Source of the DNA: Paraspadella gotoi
Taxonomy: Eukaryota; Animalia; Chaetognatha
Length of the DNA stretch: 64,000 nt
Assembly: GCA_051294375.1 (NCBI GenBank)
Contig: CM119267.1
Coordinates: forward strand, 13,552,015 to 13,616,014
Direction: 5' to 3'
Shown here piece after piece: positions 25,147-38,241 of the stretch; the first letter of the stretch is position 1, and every line of letters starts with the position of its first letter. The notes below the pieces were generated by a model. That model searched no databases, was not told the DNA's origin, and saw nothing but the letters and a program-made list of their open reading frames with translations. Both the position numbers and the translations under genes were made by a program.

Positions 25147-26010
25147 CGTAGTGGAGGCCCCGTCTCCACCACGTCTGCACAATGATTCCCATCTCCACTC
25201 AAAGAGATAGGCTGATACTCTTGCGCAGGCAATGGGCAGACGATGCCTCTCCTTCAACTGCAGCAACTCATTCCCTTCCTCTGTAGAGTGAGCGCCGCCC
25301 AAAGCGACGGCTGCAGGAGGAAGGGGGGGAGGCCACCACTCCTGGCGCAAAAGAGGCAAGAATGGACAGTCGCCCACCTCGCCAGCAGGCAAGAAGAGGG
25401 CAGTCGGCTGGCGTACCAGGCCAGAGAGACATCAGAGTAGCCTTTGGATTCTTCCCGCAAGGAAGTCTCTCAAACGCTGCACAAGTTAGCTTCACCAACC
25501 TGTCCTCTCAGCCAATAACACACCAATGACCCAACCTCATCGATCCAGCCTTTATTACCTAACATTTATTTTTCTAATTACTTAGCTATCCCTTACAATA
25601 AATATTTTACATTTCTTATTTTCTATTTTCGACTTCACTAATTTATTTTAGTAATTATTAACATTATTCATTACTAAGTTTACACATTTTAACTTTGTTG
25701 TACATTTTACAATGTATTATATTTTTCAAGCACTATGTATCTCTCTCTCTCTCTCTCCATTTCAATTTGTTTTCATAAACTATCTCTGTCCTTACCTTTA
25801 CCTGTCCCTAATAAAAATTGACCACTGTCCTCTGTGTTGGAAACTGCCCTATCTCTCTCTCTCTCTCTCTCTCATTCTTTTTGCACAAAAATCATTTCAA
25901 ATTCACAAATTGAATTGGTGCTGAAGAAGGCTCGTATGTGAGTAGAAACATGTCCGTTTCCCTATGATATAAAATCGTTGTTACAACTCTTTTTCAAAAA
26001 CTTTGTTTTA
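25147..26010 (+). mobile_element. Penelope-pLTR-like hammerhead element (longer copy)
   Basis: GC-rich segment homologous to 1274-1400, conserved block, (CT)n, hammerhead, ATAAAATCGTTGTT. Confidence 0.65.
25921..25954 (+). ncRNA. Minimal hammerhead ribozyme (weakened stem II)
   Basis: CTGAAGA-A-GGCTC...GAGTA-GAAACATGTC-CGTT. Confidence 0.6.
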
Positions 26011-26207
26011 AATAATATATATACATGAAATTAAAAAGTATATCTCTTTTAAAGAGCAATCGATTGGTGCAATAAAAATGTTAATTTGTTCAGGCAGTAA
26101 AATATAGCAAGATTCTAAAGTCGAAATTGGGAAAAAAATATTTTTAAAGGTTAGAATTGATGACACTTATATTTTTGACTGATGTTTAATAAGATTGTTT
26201 ATAATAT

Positions 26208-27520
26208 AACAAGTTTGAGCAAACAATGTCGGATCTGCCTAATTAATTATAATTTATATTCAGCTTGTCATTATCGATGTCCTTAAAATTGAGTCAGGAC
26301 AGTTATTAAATGTTTTGCTTACATTTTATCAAAACAAACAAATATCCTCTATTTTATTTTATCTCTCCTCTCTCTCTCTCTCTCTCTCTCACTCTTTTTA
26401 TGCAATTGCGACGATCCTTATGCTTTTAAGGATTTTTTTAACTTTTCAACTTGCATAATTTTTTCAACTTGCATTCCGTCAACTTTATATCTAACTTCTT
26501 CACTCACTTTCCTACCGGCTCACAAAATTTCATCTCAATCTATCATGAGTTAAAAAATAAAAAAAGATTTCAAGTAAATGTGGACTCATGTTTTTTCATT
26601 TAAACTCTTTCCACTGGTACGTTTCCACCAAAACTTATATCAAGCTTCGTCACACATTTTCCTACCACACACAAAATTTCAACTCAATCTATCTATCATT
26701 ATGATTAATTAGAGTATTTATTAGTTAAAATAAGTAAAAGATTTTAGTAAATGCGACTTATGTTTTTCCATTAAAATAATTTTCACTCACACGATTCCAT
26801 CGAACTTATTATTCCAGCTTTATCACACACTTTTCCGACCCACACACAAAATTTAATTTCAATTCAACAACCAATCACGAGTTATTGGGAGCTTTTTACT
26901 AAGGTGGGACGGATGGACGGATTGATGGACTAATTAATTAATTATTGATTTAATTTATTTTACTAATGATTATTTTGATTCATTAATACATCCTGCCATT
27001 ACATTTATATAAAAGGAAAAAGAAGCATAATCAATTAGTGAAACAGGTTTTTTTTTTTTTACATTAAACTCATTTCCACTCAAACTATTACATCGAAACT
27101 CTTGATTTCCTGTTCAATCACACACTTTCCTACCCACATACAAATTCCAGGTCAATCAGCCATTCACTCATGAGCAATTGGTGTTCAAATAGTGAATATA
27201 TTTTTTTTTTTTTTATTTCAACTCATTTCCACCGGACGATTCCATCGAAATACTATCAATATCCAGCTCCAATCACACCACTTAGCTATCCACACACAAA
27301 ATTTTATTCAAATCCATCGATCCGATCACGAGTAATTGTTTTTTTTTTGCTAAGCTGGGACGGACGGACGGAGGGACGGACATTTTTTTTGCATAATTTA
27401 TCATAATTCGATGTTCTGACATGATATAAGTTATTGCCCGACAATATTGAGGGGGCGGACCGACGGACCGACAAAGTGAATTATAGAGTCGGGATCTGCT
27501 GACAAGCAGATCCAACTAAA
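26208..27520 (-). mobile_element. HINE-like element
   Basis: Same termini and tandem core repeats as 55698-56775. Confidence 0.75.
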
Positions 27521-27580
27521 AATAAAAAAACAGTTTTTAGTGTGTGACAACTAATTTTTCTTTATTGACAAAGAAAGTCG

Positions 27581-27617
27581 GACATGTTTTGACTCTGTGG
27601 TTGAGAGTCTTCATCAA
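27581..27617 (-). ncRNA. Degenerate hammerhead ribozyme
   Basis: Reverse complement TTGATGAAGACTC...GAGTCAAAACATGTC, flanked by ~30-bp inverted repeats. Confidence 0.55.
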
Positions 27618-28413
27618 TAATGAAAAATTCGTTGTCACACACTAAAAACTGTTTTCCTTAAACTTAAACACAACGAAAAGAAAGAATCATAACAATATAA
27701 AAATGATAAAATCATAATGGAATTTAACATATAAAAAGGTTAGCAATAAATTTGCTTTCCTTTTCTATAAAAATATTTTTTTAATTTCTACCAAATAAAT
27801 AATTTTAATAAACAATCATTTTTTTAATTTATCTCAAAATCAAAAAGTAATTTTAAGACAAAAATAAAAAAATTAATCCTAATATAATTGTAAGAGTTTA
27901 TATTAATCTGCTTCAACACGAGATGTAAAAAAGATTTGAAAATAATCACAACTGCTTTTTCCTTACTTTTAAAAGATTATTTTTCCATATAGTTTCTCTA
28001 CTTATTAGAATATAAATTAAGTTAAAAATGGTTGACACCTATCCCTAAAGATATTTGATACTGAATTTGTTTGACTAATATCATATTATAAATATTTAAT
28101 AATAGGGGAAAGTCAGACTTTTTTTTGAATTAATTTGTTCTCATCAGATTTTTTGTACTAATCAACTTAAACATCCTATAACTTTCAAACACTTTGCTTG
28201 ATTTTAATAGGACTTAGACCAATCGCCTCATTTTCAATAAGCTTTGTTTTATGTTTTTATATCTTTATGAAATTCAGCCATCCAATATAGCTTTTAGTTG
28301 CGCCGCGAGTACTCGCGGAGCAACTCTATAAGTCACTTTTCGGTCGGTCGGTCGGTCTGTCCTACTTACGTTAAAAACGCTTAAAACTTGCCTATAGTTT
28401 GTTGCTCATTTGT

Positions 28414-29203
28414 TAACAAGTATGAGCAAACAATGTGGGAACTGCCCACGATCATTATCGGTAATTAAATAATAATTAAATTATTCAAATTAATTAATTA
28501 ATTAGGCAATTAATTAATTTGATCCAGAATGTTTGTTTTTAGGTCTTTTCGTCACTAACCATGACAAAACCAATGACGATGAGAATAATACCGATAATGA
28601 TTGACTTGATTTATTAACTGATTACTTAATTATTTACTAATTAATTGACTAATTGATTAATTATTTGAATAATTAATACATCCTGCATTTACATTTGATA
28701 TAAAAGGAAAAAGAAGCATGATCAATTAGTAAAGCAAGTTTTTTGTTTTTTTCCATTTAAACTCATTTCCACTAAAACTATTCCATCAAAACTTGATTTC
28801 CAGCTTAATCACACACTTTCCTACCCACATACCAAATTCAAGGTCAATCGCCCCATCTACAATTGGGGTTCAAATAGTAAAATATATTTTTTTGTTTTTT
28901 CTATTTAAACTCATTTTCATTCGGACGATTCCATCAAAATTTCATATGCAGCTCAATCATACACTTCCCTACCCACACACAAAATTTCATTCAAATCCAT
29001 CCAATAACGAGTAATTGGTGTTTTTTGCTAAGGTGGGACGGACGGACAGACAGACAAGGAAATCATTTTTTTTACATAATTTATCATAATTCGATGTTCT
29101 GACATGATATAAGTGTGTGCCCGACAATATTGAGGGGGCGGACCAATGGACCGACAAAGTGAATTATAGAGTCGGGATCTGCTGATAAGCAGATCCTACT
29201 AAA
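28414..29203 (-). mobile_element. HINE-like element
   Basis: Same termini and core repeats. Confidence 0.75.
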
Positions 29204-29647
29204 AATCAAATCTCAGCGACTACTGGCGCCGCCTTTTGTTTTTAAAGAAAATATATAAGTAAGACAATGAAAAATAACGGGCAAAACGGTCTCGTGCTGA
29301 TTTTGTCCCTTTAAAATTGTTTCTGAGCCAAATTAATTGTTACTTTTGGTAATATGTGCGATATACACTACAGGACATTACTGTGTCTGACCATAACCCT
29401 TGACCATCAACAAAAAAGCTCACTAGATCAAAAGTAGTAAAAAAGATGAAGCAATTTTAGACCATTGCTTTTATAAATGCAAAAAGAATATTAATATTAA
29501 TAAAACAAAACTAACGATAACTTAATAGTTAACCGAGACCAAAATGTATATTTTTTACCCATCATTTCTTTAATTTATATGAATCATTAGCTTGTAATTA
29601 ATCAATTAATCTGTAGCGATCAGACCAACTTGCTATTTGTGAACAAA

Positions 29648-29720
29648 TTGCCCCCAAGCCAGGATTCGATCCTGGGATCTGAACGCTGGGTCGCCAGGGA
29701 GCTAACCTTGCAACCGATAG
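29648..29720 (-). pseudogene. tRNA-like SINE head
   Basis: Reverse complement has the T-arm CCAGGATCGAATCCTGG and a degenerate A-box. Confidence 0.35.
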
Positions 29721-30449
29721 ATTTTGTTCTAAAACCCAGTTAAATAACTTAAACTCAGAACCTAATGATTTAACCATCGTTCATCAGAGGACTCTCGATT
29801 GAATCTTTAAAAGGAGAAGAGGATTAATAAATATACAAATTGTAAATAAACTACAACAAATATTTATATGGGTCTTATTTCATATTAAATGCAACGTTAA
29901 ATATGCTTATAAAATCTTAAATAAATGAGTTTCTTATACTACTACAACAGTTTATCCCATTTTAATAACACCGTTATATGCTGCCAAAAATCGCCATTTC
30001 CGACAAAGAAAGAATGAGACATAACAAAAGAAAAGGTTACCATCATACGAATGCTAACAGACTTTATTAACACTAAAATAGCAGTACCCACTTGATTTTT
30101 TGTTATTATTTTTTTCGTTATCTTCTATATGTCCTCTATTATATATCTAGTCTTTAAAAAAATAATTTTCTATAATAATTCCTATAGTTTAATTTTTTTT
30201 TCATCTTTCATTCATTCATCATTCATTCATCAATCCCAAAAAATGTAAACAATTTGTTGAGCAATACTCAAAATTTAATTTTGACTAAAGACTCATAAAA
30301 AAAAACTAACTTGTGACTATACAAAACATCAAAAAAGTTGTAAATACGAAATAAAAATATATATATAATCAACTAAAAACAATGGTCAAGGTGGTGTTCT
30401 ACACTCGCTGCATAATATAGTTTATTACACTCAATAGACTGACCTATTT

Positions 30450-33400
30450 TACGCTGGCAAAACAACTTGTTCCAAAAGTCAACATCGAATAGCTTAATCG
30501 CACTGAGATTGGTAGCCTTCCACAACACATGGATATTTTCATCTCTATTGTTAATTAGACCAATAGTACTTTCTATCTATTGATCCATCAATGAATGTAA
30601 AGTTCCCCTCGACCATCTTCATACAACGATCCCACAATTTGTCTGAAAGTTTCCTAGAAAATTCTGGGTCGTTTCTGTCGAGGCAATTGCGATGACTGCT
30701 CCTTCTCTCTCACAGACCTTCCAGCGCTTCGTCAAATTATCAATATTATGCTCCTGTATACATCCATCCAGACCAATTTATATCCTTTAAACCATGGAAG
30801 AAAAATAATTATTACAACTAATAAAAAGTTAATATTCATTCAAAAACAAGCTTATTCTCATCGCCAGCGCGGACGAATTGTCTCAAACGTGAGTAGCCAA
30901 GAAAAAGATTTGTGTAATAAAGAGGAAACGTTTTATTCGTAAAAAACATGTTTCTTCGGAACAAAACACTTTGTGAGTTTTAAATAACACAGCACGACTG
31001 AAATTAACTCAAAATGGCCGTTAAAAATATTGACCGAAAAAAGGGGAAAGACGCCGACATGAAGGCAAAATACTTAAACATATTATATTAAATTTAAATC
31101 CAAAACCTCAGTTACGGTGATTAAAAAAAAAATTTTCTTACCGTCACCCAGAGTCCACGGTGCCAAGTAAACCGCCCTTTTTTAAAACAGACTTTTTCTG
31201 CTCCATCCCAAGAACAGTTTTGTCCCTTGACTATAAATGTAGACACGGAAACTCGCCGTCTCATGGGGACAACGAGTTCATAATGTCGTTCAAATCCCGT
31301 TTTTCAATCATTGACTTTCAACAAATGAGGAGCGTGAAGATCATGCATCACCAGCGTCCAAGAATTGTTTAATATCTCTTCGTGATGAAAGCGAGCAGTC
31401 TGTGTTGCCTTTCAATTTTCAGCCTCAACCTTCGTGCCAAGCAGTTGGACGAGTTGGCCCGTTGCAATCCCAGACCCAAGATTGAGCTTCGTTAGCGCTG
31501 GTGCCATCCGTCCAAGAATGTATTTTTGCATAATCTTGAAATTTTCATTTATTATTTTATTTATTGCAGTATGTAATGTTAAGTAAAATACCGAAAGAAA
31601 TTTTCTGACCAGAATTTGAAGTAAATGTGTATGTAAGCCTCTCGTTTTTGGTTCGGACCCGAGATTGAGATCACCACCCAAAATTTGCACAATATTTCGT
31701 GCATCCGACAAGACATTTTAAAGAGTGTGCCACTTGTAACAGCTGATTCAATAACCAAAAGGGATAAACTATGGTTGGCATGAATTACAATGTAGACCCT
31801 ACCTTTCGTTGTATTCTTTGTTAATCTACCAGGTGGATCCCACGATGAGTCCATTGAATTGGAGGGACACAAACATGTTGGATTCACGATCGAAATAATT
31901 TTCTCATCGAAATTTGAATTTGAGTAAAAACAGAAATTAATTTCTGATACAACGAAAATCGATCACTTCTTCGAAACTCCAAAAACGCACCAAGGCTGCA
32001 AATAGTAAATGGTCAAAAGAAGAAAATTATTTCAATGTATAAAATATTAATTATTCACTACGGTGAGAATAAAAAGCAGAATAACAAAAGAGCAGAAGAA
32101 TTTGTAAAATTTTTTGCGAGCAGAAGTTATTTTCTTTTTCACTTGAAATCACATTCTTTTTTTTCTAAAACTCCTGTCATCTGAATGAAATTCTGAAAGA
32201 AAAAAAACGTAGTTTTGTTAAAAATATTTTCTTTTGTATTGTAAATATTATGAGACGTGCAAAAAACCCAAAAACTAACTCAATGTTTGACTTTTTGCTA
32301 AAAATTCATAACTCCCCGGTTGTGTCCCATTGTTCAATGCTAATACGTTAATTCAAGCACAACACATAAAGAATATGGAGCAAGAAACCTGAAATTGTTT
32401 ATTACTAAAGAACACTATATTTAAGAATTCTAAATAAATGATAATTTACATCATAATTTGATTTTCGCGCGCTATAAGCATTATTAAGTATACTAAAGGA
32501 ACCTGATCTGTATACAGTAGGTAACAATCACTTAGTGCAAAAACCGGGACTTTTCTCTTAAACTTAACCAAACCTAAAAAAGTCAATAAGTCTAAACTGA
32601 AAAAAGAGCAACTTTGGAAAATAGGGCTAAACACTGTTTTTTTTTTTCTTTAGACATTTAAGTTTTGTCTGTTTAAGCAAGTCCGAATCTAAGAGATTTT
32701 TTTTCAGTTGAATTCCACATTTTATTCAAGAAGTCAAAGTGAATTCACAGAGAAAAGCTTCCAATCACCAAATTTTCAGCACGACAGAAAAAAATATCGT
32801 ATTTCCATGTGCCGAGTATCTAAAAAAGACGCATTGGTCATCATCCGCGTAAGTCGACTAACAATGTTTCAATCCTGTATGTTGAACATTTTATCATAAG
32901 CTATTTTGGATCCAGTTGTAAGACAAATTGCTAGCGAGATATAATTCATTTTATAAACAAAATATTTTTCGACTCATAAAGGTGAAGCAATTATTATTCT
33001 TAGCACTAACCCCCTTACCAGAGCGTCAGTGTTATTAGCTTCTCTATTTGCTGGTTTGAATTACCTGCGTTTCGCCAATGCGCTTTCTTCCGATGTCCAA
33101 TAATATTCTCAGTTTTCAGTAAAGGATTCGTTTTGACATTCGCTCCAATGCAGTTCCGACTGTTTGGTTCAAAAAGAAAAGCCAGATTCCAACAACTAAG
33201 GGGGGGGGTGTGCGAAGAAACTGGTGTTGATTCGTTCATCGATTTCATTCATTCTGATTTACATATGGACATTCTTACATTTTTTAGATCAATACGTTCA
33301 GAAATAAAACATTTAATTATTCATATATTAGTTTAAATATCATATTCAAATTTAGAGAAATGAATTAAATCTAGGCTGCTTACTTGTTTGCTTTTAGTTA

Positions 33401-35200
33401 TGGTCACTATTACTGGTTTTTCGAAGGGCCCCTTTTAAAAGATACAACAATGACTCAAGTTGAATGAAAGGTTGCACAGTGAAATTTCTTTAACCTTGAA
33501 ACAGCGTTGCACAGGGACGTCGACATTGCTACCAGCTTGTTTCTGTCAGAACTGCAATGTAAACGAACCATCATCCAGTTGGGGCAATCAGAACCAAAGC
33601 AAATCGCTTGGGTGTGGTTAGAAGAATTGAACTCAAATCAGTATCATAAGGAAACAAAAAGGATCAATAAACAATTTGTTCATTAGGTTATTTGTTGATT
33701 AAAAGAACTGATTCTTTATCATATTATATGTTAAAAAAAGCAAGTCCATATTGACAACCTCTGACAATTTTTATATCTGGATTTGAACTTCTTCAAATTA
33801 AAAGGTTTTAGATGTTCACAGAAATGAGGAAACCAATAGTGTAATGCGTGGAATCTAGAATTAAAAGAGAACAAATAAATACAATTAAAGTGTTGAAAAA
33901 CATAATTCAAAAACATTCAAACATCATAATTTCTACTGATTTTGGATCCAAAGTTAACATGAGGTTATGTTTGATTTAAAAAAATTATCCAGTGACTTGT
34001 GAAATCTGTATTAAAACAATGCTTAGACTAAATTATTGAAAATCTAAGTTAGAATTGCTTGAATTTTTGCCTTCTGAGAGTTTTCTTTGATTACTAAAAC
34101 CATCTCCAAATCCCATTAACAGTCTGGCACCAACAACACAAGTTGAAATCAGTAATTAGTTTTCTTTGCTTTTCCAAAGTTAAGATAAAAAATCTGCAGT
34201 GGCAATTGAAAATAAATCATGTTAAATCAATTTTAGTGCTATAAAATCTTCCTTGAAATGTTTCCCACTTTTGTGACGTTTCATCAAAAAGTGTTCCTCC
34301 TCCATGGGAATCAACGGTTGCCAGATACCCCCCTTCATCAATGCAAATTTGTTCCGCCTTTCGCCAACTGAGACGTGAGCATGAGGGGCACAATAACAAG
34401 ATGTTTGAAGAGGGACGCGAGGCAGATCTCTTTTCAAGTCGAGTCCTTGTCTATCATTCAATGTTTTGATTTGATTGAAAATTCACAGAGGGCAAGACGG
34501 ATTCGTGCAACTTTCTTTGCGCCAGTGTCCTTTCTTCCTATTATATGGCACCATTTTCGCATATTGCGCAGTGCGGTGGTTTTTACTTTCTGATCTGTCG
34601 CTGTTTAGTTTCCAATGGCATAGGAAGAAAATCCCCAGTGCTTACCAAACCCAAACGACTTCCTCAAGTTAGCATCAGTCGCATCCGATCCGAGCCAGGT
34701 TTGCTCGAATACCCTGAAAGTAGAGGAATTATCAAAATACATAATTTTTGAGTTAGTTATAACAAAATAGGTTCGTTATTCTTTGACAAATTGTTAAAAA
34801 TACCATAAAACCATTACAATTTTAAGTGCATAATAACTTAGATGTCCATTTTATTGACAATGGAGATCTCATTACCCTATCATTGCCGATCCTCATGATT
34901 CATATTCCCGAACCTGAACGTTTGCATTCGCCACCACCCACCCACCACGCGTTTCAAAGTCATTGAATACATCTGACGATAGCACAATAAGATATTATAC
35001 ACGGTTCAAGAAGTTAAAATACACTTCGCTTTGACTTATTTTTGAAGAGAATTTACTCACTCCCACAGCTACAATTAATGATTGTAGTCCAGATCGTGAA
35101 CCCTTCTGTCGTGAGCTCAATTTAGGTGTGTTTTCCTAGGCGCTAGTAGTGTTCAAAGACGTTACAAGAAGTCATGTTCAGCCCACTAATGGCGTTAAAT
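30450..35200 (-). pseudogene. Multi-exon gene with several C-type lectin domains (mannose-receptor-like), heavily frameshifted; pseudogene or low-quality sequence
   Basis: CTLD motifs across frames: TWLG..D...WVW (34640-34710), W..ESC...LCE (34470-34530), SCY...LSWRKAEQICIDEGGYLATVDS/MEEEHFL (34280-34400), WTDGTSANEAQSWVWDCNG (31460-31515), CEREGAVIAIASTETTQNFL (30655-30715). Short AT-rich introns. Confidence 0.6.
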
Positions 35201-37987
35201 TCACTTTAAATAACAAAATGTTATCAATCTATCTAAAGTTGTTTCATTACTTTCAGCCAATGCGAGAATTTAACATGTGTATATCTTAATCAACAAATTC
35301 CTCTTTTTCTCATTCTCATTTTTATTTCTCTCCTTCCAAAAACAGTTAAATTTTAGCTGGCTTGGTTGATTATGGCCTCCACTCAAATTTACAAAGAAAT
35401 AATGACATAGAAATGACATCGTAGCTCTCAATCACAACTTAAGCGATCACTTTAAACCAGAAACCTAAGCTTTTGTTTTCAAATGGTTTAACCACGTTCA
35501 TCCAGAGGACTCTCTCGATTGAAATCTTTTAAACTGTTTTTTTCCTGTTTGACTCNNNNNNNNNNNNNNNNNNNNNNNNNTTTAAAATTGTTTTTCTCTG
35601 TTTACTTTAATGATTGTTAAACTGAATGATTTTCAGTCTTGATTTGTCCTATATGTGAAATTAAATATTCTTATTCACTTTTACTACAGAAACGTTTTTA
35701 TTTCTTTATCCTCAATGTATGAGTTACATTATAAGAAGATGAAACAAAATAAGTGAATCGGATCAAGTATTGTTCTACATCAAAAATGTAAACAAATAAA
35801 CTATCAATTCTCTATCGATTCAAACTCAATCATTACAAATCAATGTAAATAAACTGAATCAAAACAATTCGATATTTAACGCCAAAGATTTTCCTGCAAC
35901 GTCGCCATGAAAGATACTTCAATATTTGCCAACGTCTTAGAACTCTAACGTTACAGTTTGCCACGGTACTTCGTCACGCTGTTGCTGGCCTCAGTCACCA
36001 GGCCACAAATCTAAATAACAATATGACAAATTCATTTTTATTTTTTTTATGAATGGGAAGTTTTCTCTGGCTTACTCCCTTGTGTCATAATTATTTAATA
36101 TTTTAGAGGTATTTCAAAACCTTATATAATTACTATATTTTACTTTTTTCAAATTCTTTCAAACAAAAATATCATAAAAACATTTTATAATAAAAAAATA
36201 AATTGATCGAATGATTTTGAAAAATATTGAAAACTTAAGAAATAATGGATTTCGAGTTAGGAAAAAAATTTTGCAATTTCTAAAAAAATCAGCCTCTAGC
36301 CTTTCGGATTTTTTAGAGGCTGATTTTTAAATTTTTTTGAATATTTTGATTTTCTATGCAAAACATTATTCTCAATGAGCATAGGTCGACGAACTTTTTT
36401 TTCAATAATTTGAAAAAATTTCAAACTTTTCTAATTAGGCTTTTTTGGGGAAATAAATAAATAAATTGTATAACAATGGGTACATCTAAAAGTGATATGT
36501 CTCTAAATGATAACAACATTTTCTTCAAGTTTTATTTTTTGAAATTCAAGTATTGTACCATAGAAAATATGTGAGATACACTTGCTTTGCCGAAATTTTT
36601 AGTTAAAGATTGTACTGCGTAGTTTTTACTTCCTATGATATCACACTTTTTTAAGAATCAATCGTAATTCGTAGTAGTTTTTATATAAAAAAGTGTTATA
36701 AATAAAATGAACAAATCCGAGTAATTGATATAAAACTTGTCAATTTATAAAGATTTGATGATGAGAACCAAATTTAATTTTTTAACTTCCTATATTTCTA
36801 ATTGTAGAAAAAACGACGACTACACAAAGAAGCCATTCTAAACAATAATCACGCCAAGATATTGTTATCCGCTTAAGCCCGTCTGGCGAGATAAAAAAAC
36901 ATGAACTCTTAGCATTAGGTTATATGGCCCCTTACAGAAAAAATCAAGGCCCTCTTAGAACCTGAATCGATTTTCAAATAGAAGAATGAATGATTATATG
37001 ATTAAAAATTCATTGCGTTTATTCTCTCTTTTCTTTGTTTGGTAATTAGACGAGAAAAATAGAATTCATAAAGCTGACAACATGTATAATAGGGTGGACT
37101 GATGAAAGATTGAGTGATTGAACCATTATTTTTTTGCTGCCTTTGGACATTGTAATTAAGAAATTTTAAATTCTTTTAAAATTTTGTTAGTAAACAGTAT
37201 AGTAAATTTCAGTTATTTATGTAATTAATATCCTTATTAACAATCGTTAATTCAAAAATATTTTATTTTATTTTTAAAAACAGATTTGGATTCGCCGTAA
37301 AAAAACTAAGAAACTTTTATAAAATATGTTATACGTGATATTCTAATGGTTTAGATTCAAAAAAAGATAAATACGTTTTTACATATATAAGTTTCTACTA
37401 CAAAGAATAAAAAAGCTTGAATTTTTACCTTTTTTCAAGTTTCAAACGCTGAAGATGACAGAATTTTTGATAACATGTTTTATATTATTTTGATTCAACT
37501 TTTTACGGAAGAATCTGAATCTTATTAAAAGTTAAAAAAAATTATTTTTAAAATTTACTTATTTTATAAGGATATTACTACGAAATAATTATATTTTACT
37601 ATTTCTGTTTCCCGAGACAATATGAACAAAATATTTTTTTGTACTACTTATATCATTCAAATATTTTTTTGTTCTTGAGTGCTCTTTAAAATAAATCGTT
37701 GTTGAATTGAAATATTTTTCTCGTCTGATTAAAAATTTCGCGACCACCCTTTTGGCGGTCTCGCTTTCATAATATCAATAGTACTTTACAATACAGTGCT
37801 ACAATATAATACATAAAATAATACAGGTCAAGATAGCTTATTGAATAAGATGATAATCTTTATACAACTATTGGTTTACCGCCAATTTATAGAAAGGCGT
37901 AATAGAAAAGCAAAGTTAGATAACATAATCGCACAAGGTTGTCTCAATAAAAAAAAACAAATTGACTGAATAGTGAATAGAATGTTA

Positions 37988-38241
37988 TTTATTTCTAGCT
38001 TAAACAACTTTCGTTTCTCGCACCGGTCTTAGTGATTTTCCGATGATGGCAAAGCGACCGACGTGACGTTCAAACCACTCCAGAGGAACTTCGTGAGTGG
38101 CATTAAAAGGACAAACCAAATAGGGGTTTCCCCGATTACTTCGACGGCACTTTAGCAGATGATAGGGAGTCGTTTCAAACGCACGCTGTGACATTCGGTT
38201 AAGGGCATTGAACCAAATTTTCGGGGATCAGAAAGGTTCAT
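37988..38241 (-). pseudogene. Frameshifted second copy of the GTSF1-like gene
   Basis: Near-identical to 44084-44338 with 1-nt indels; retains YHLLKCRRSNRGNPYLVCPFNATHEVP. Confidence 0.7.
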
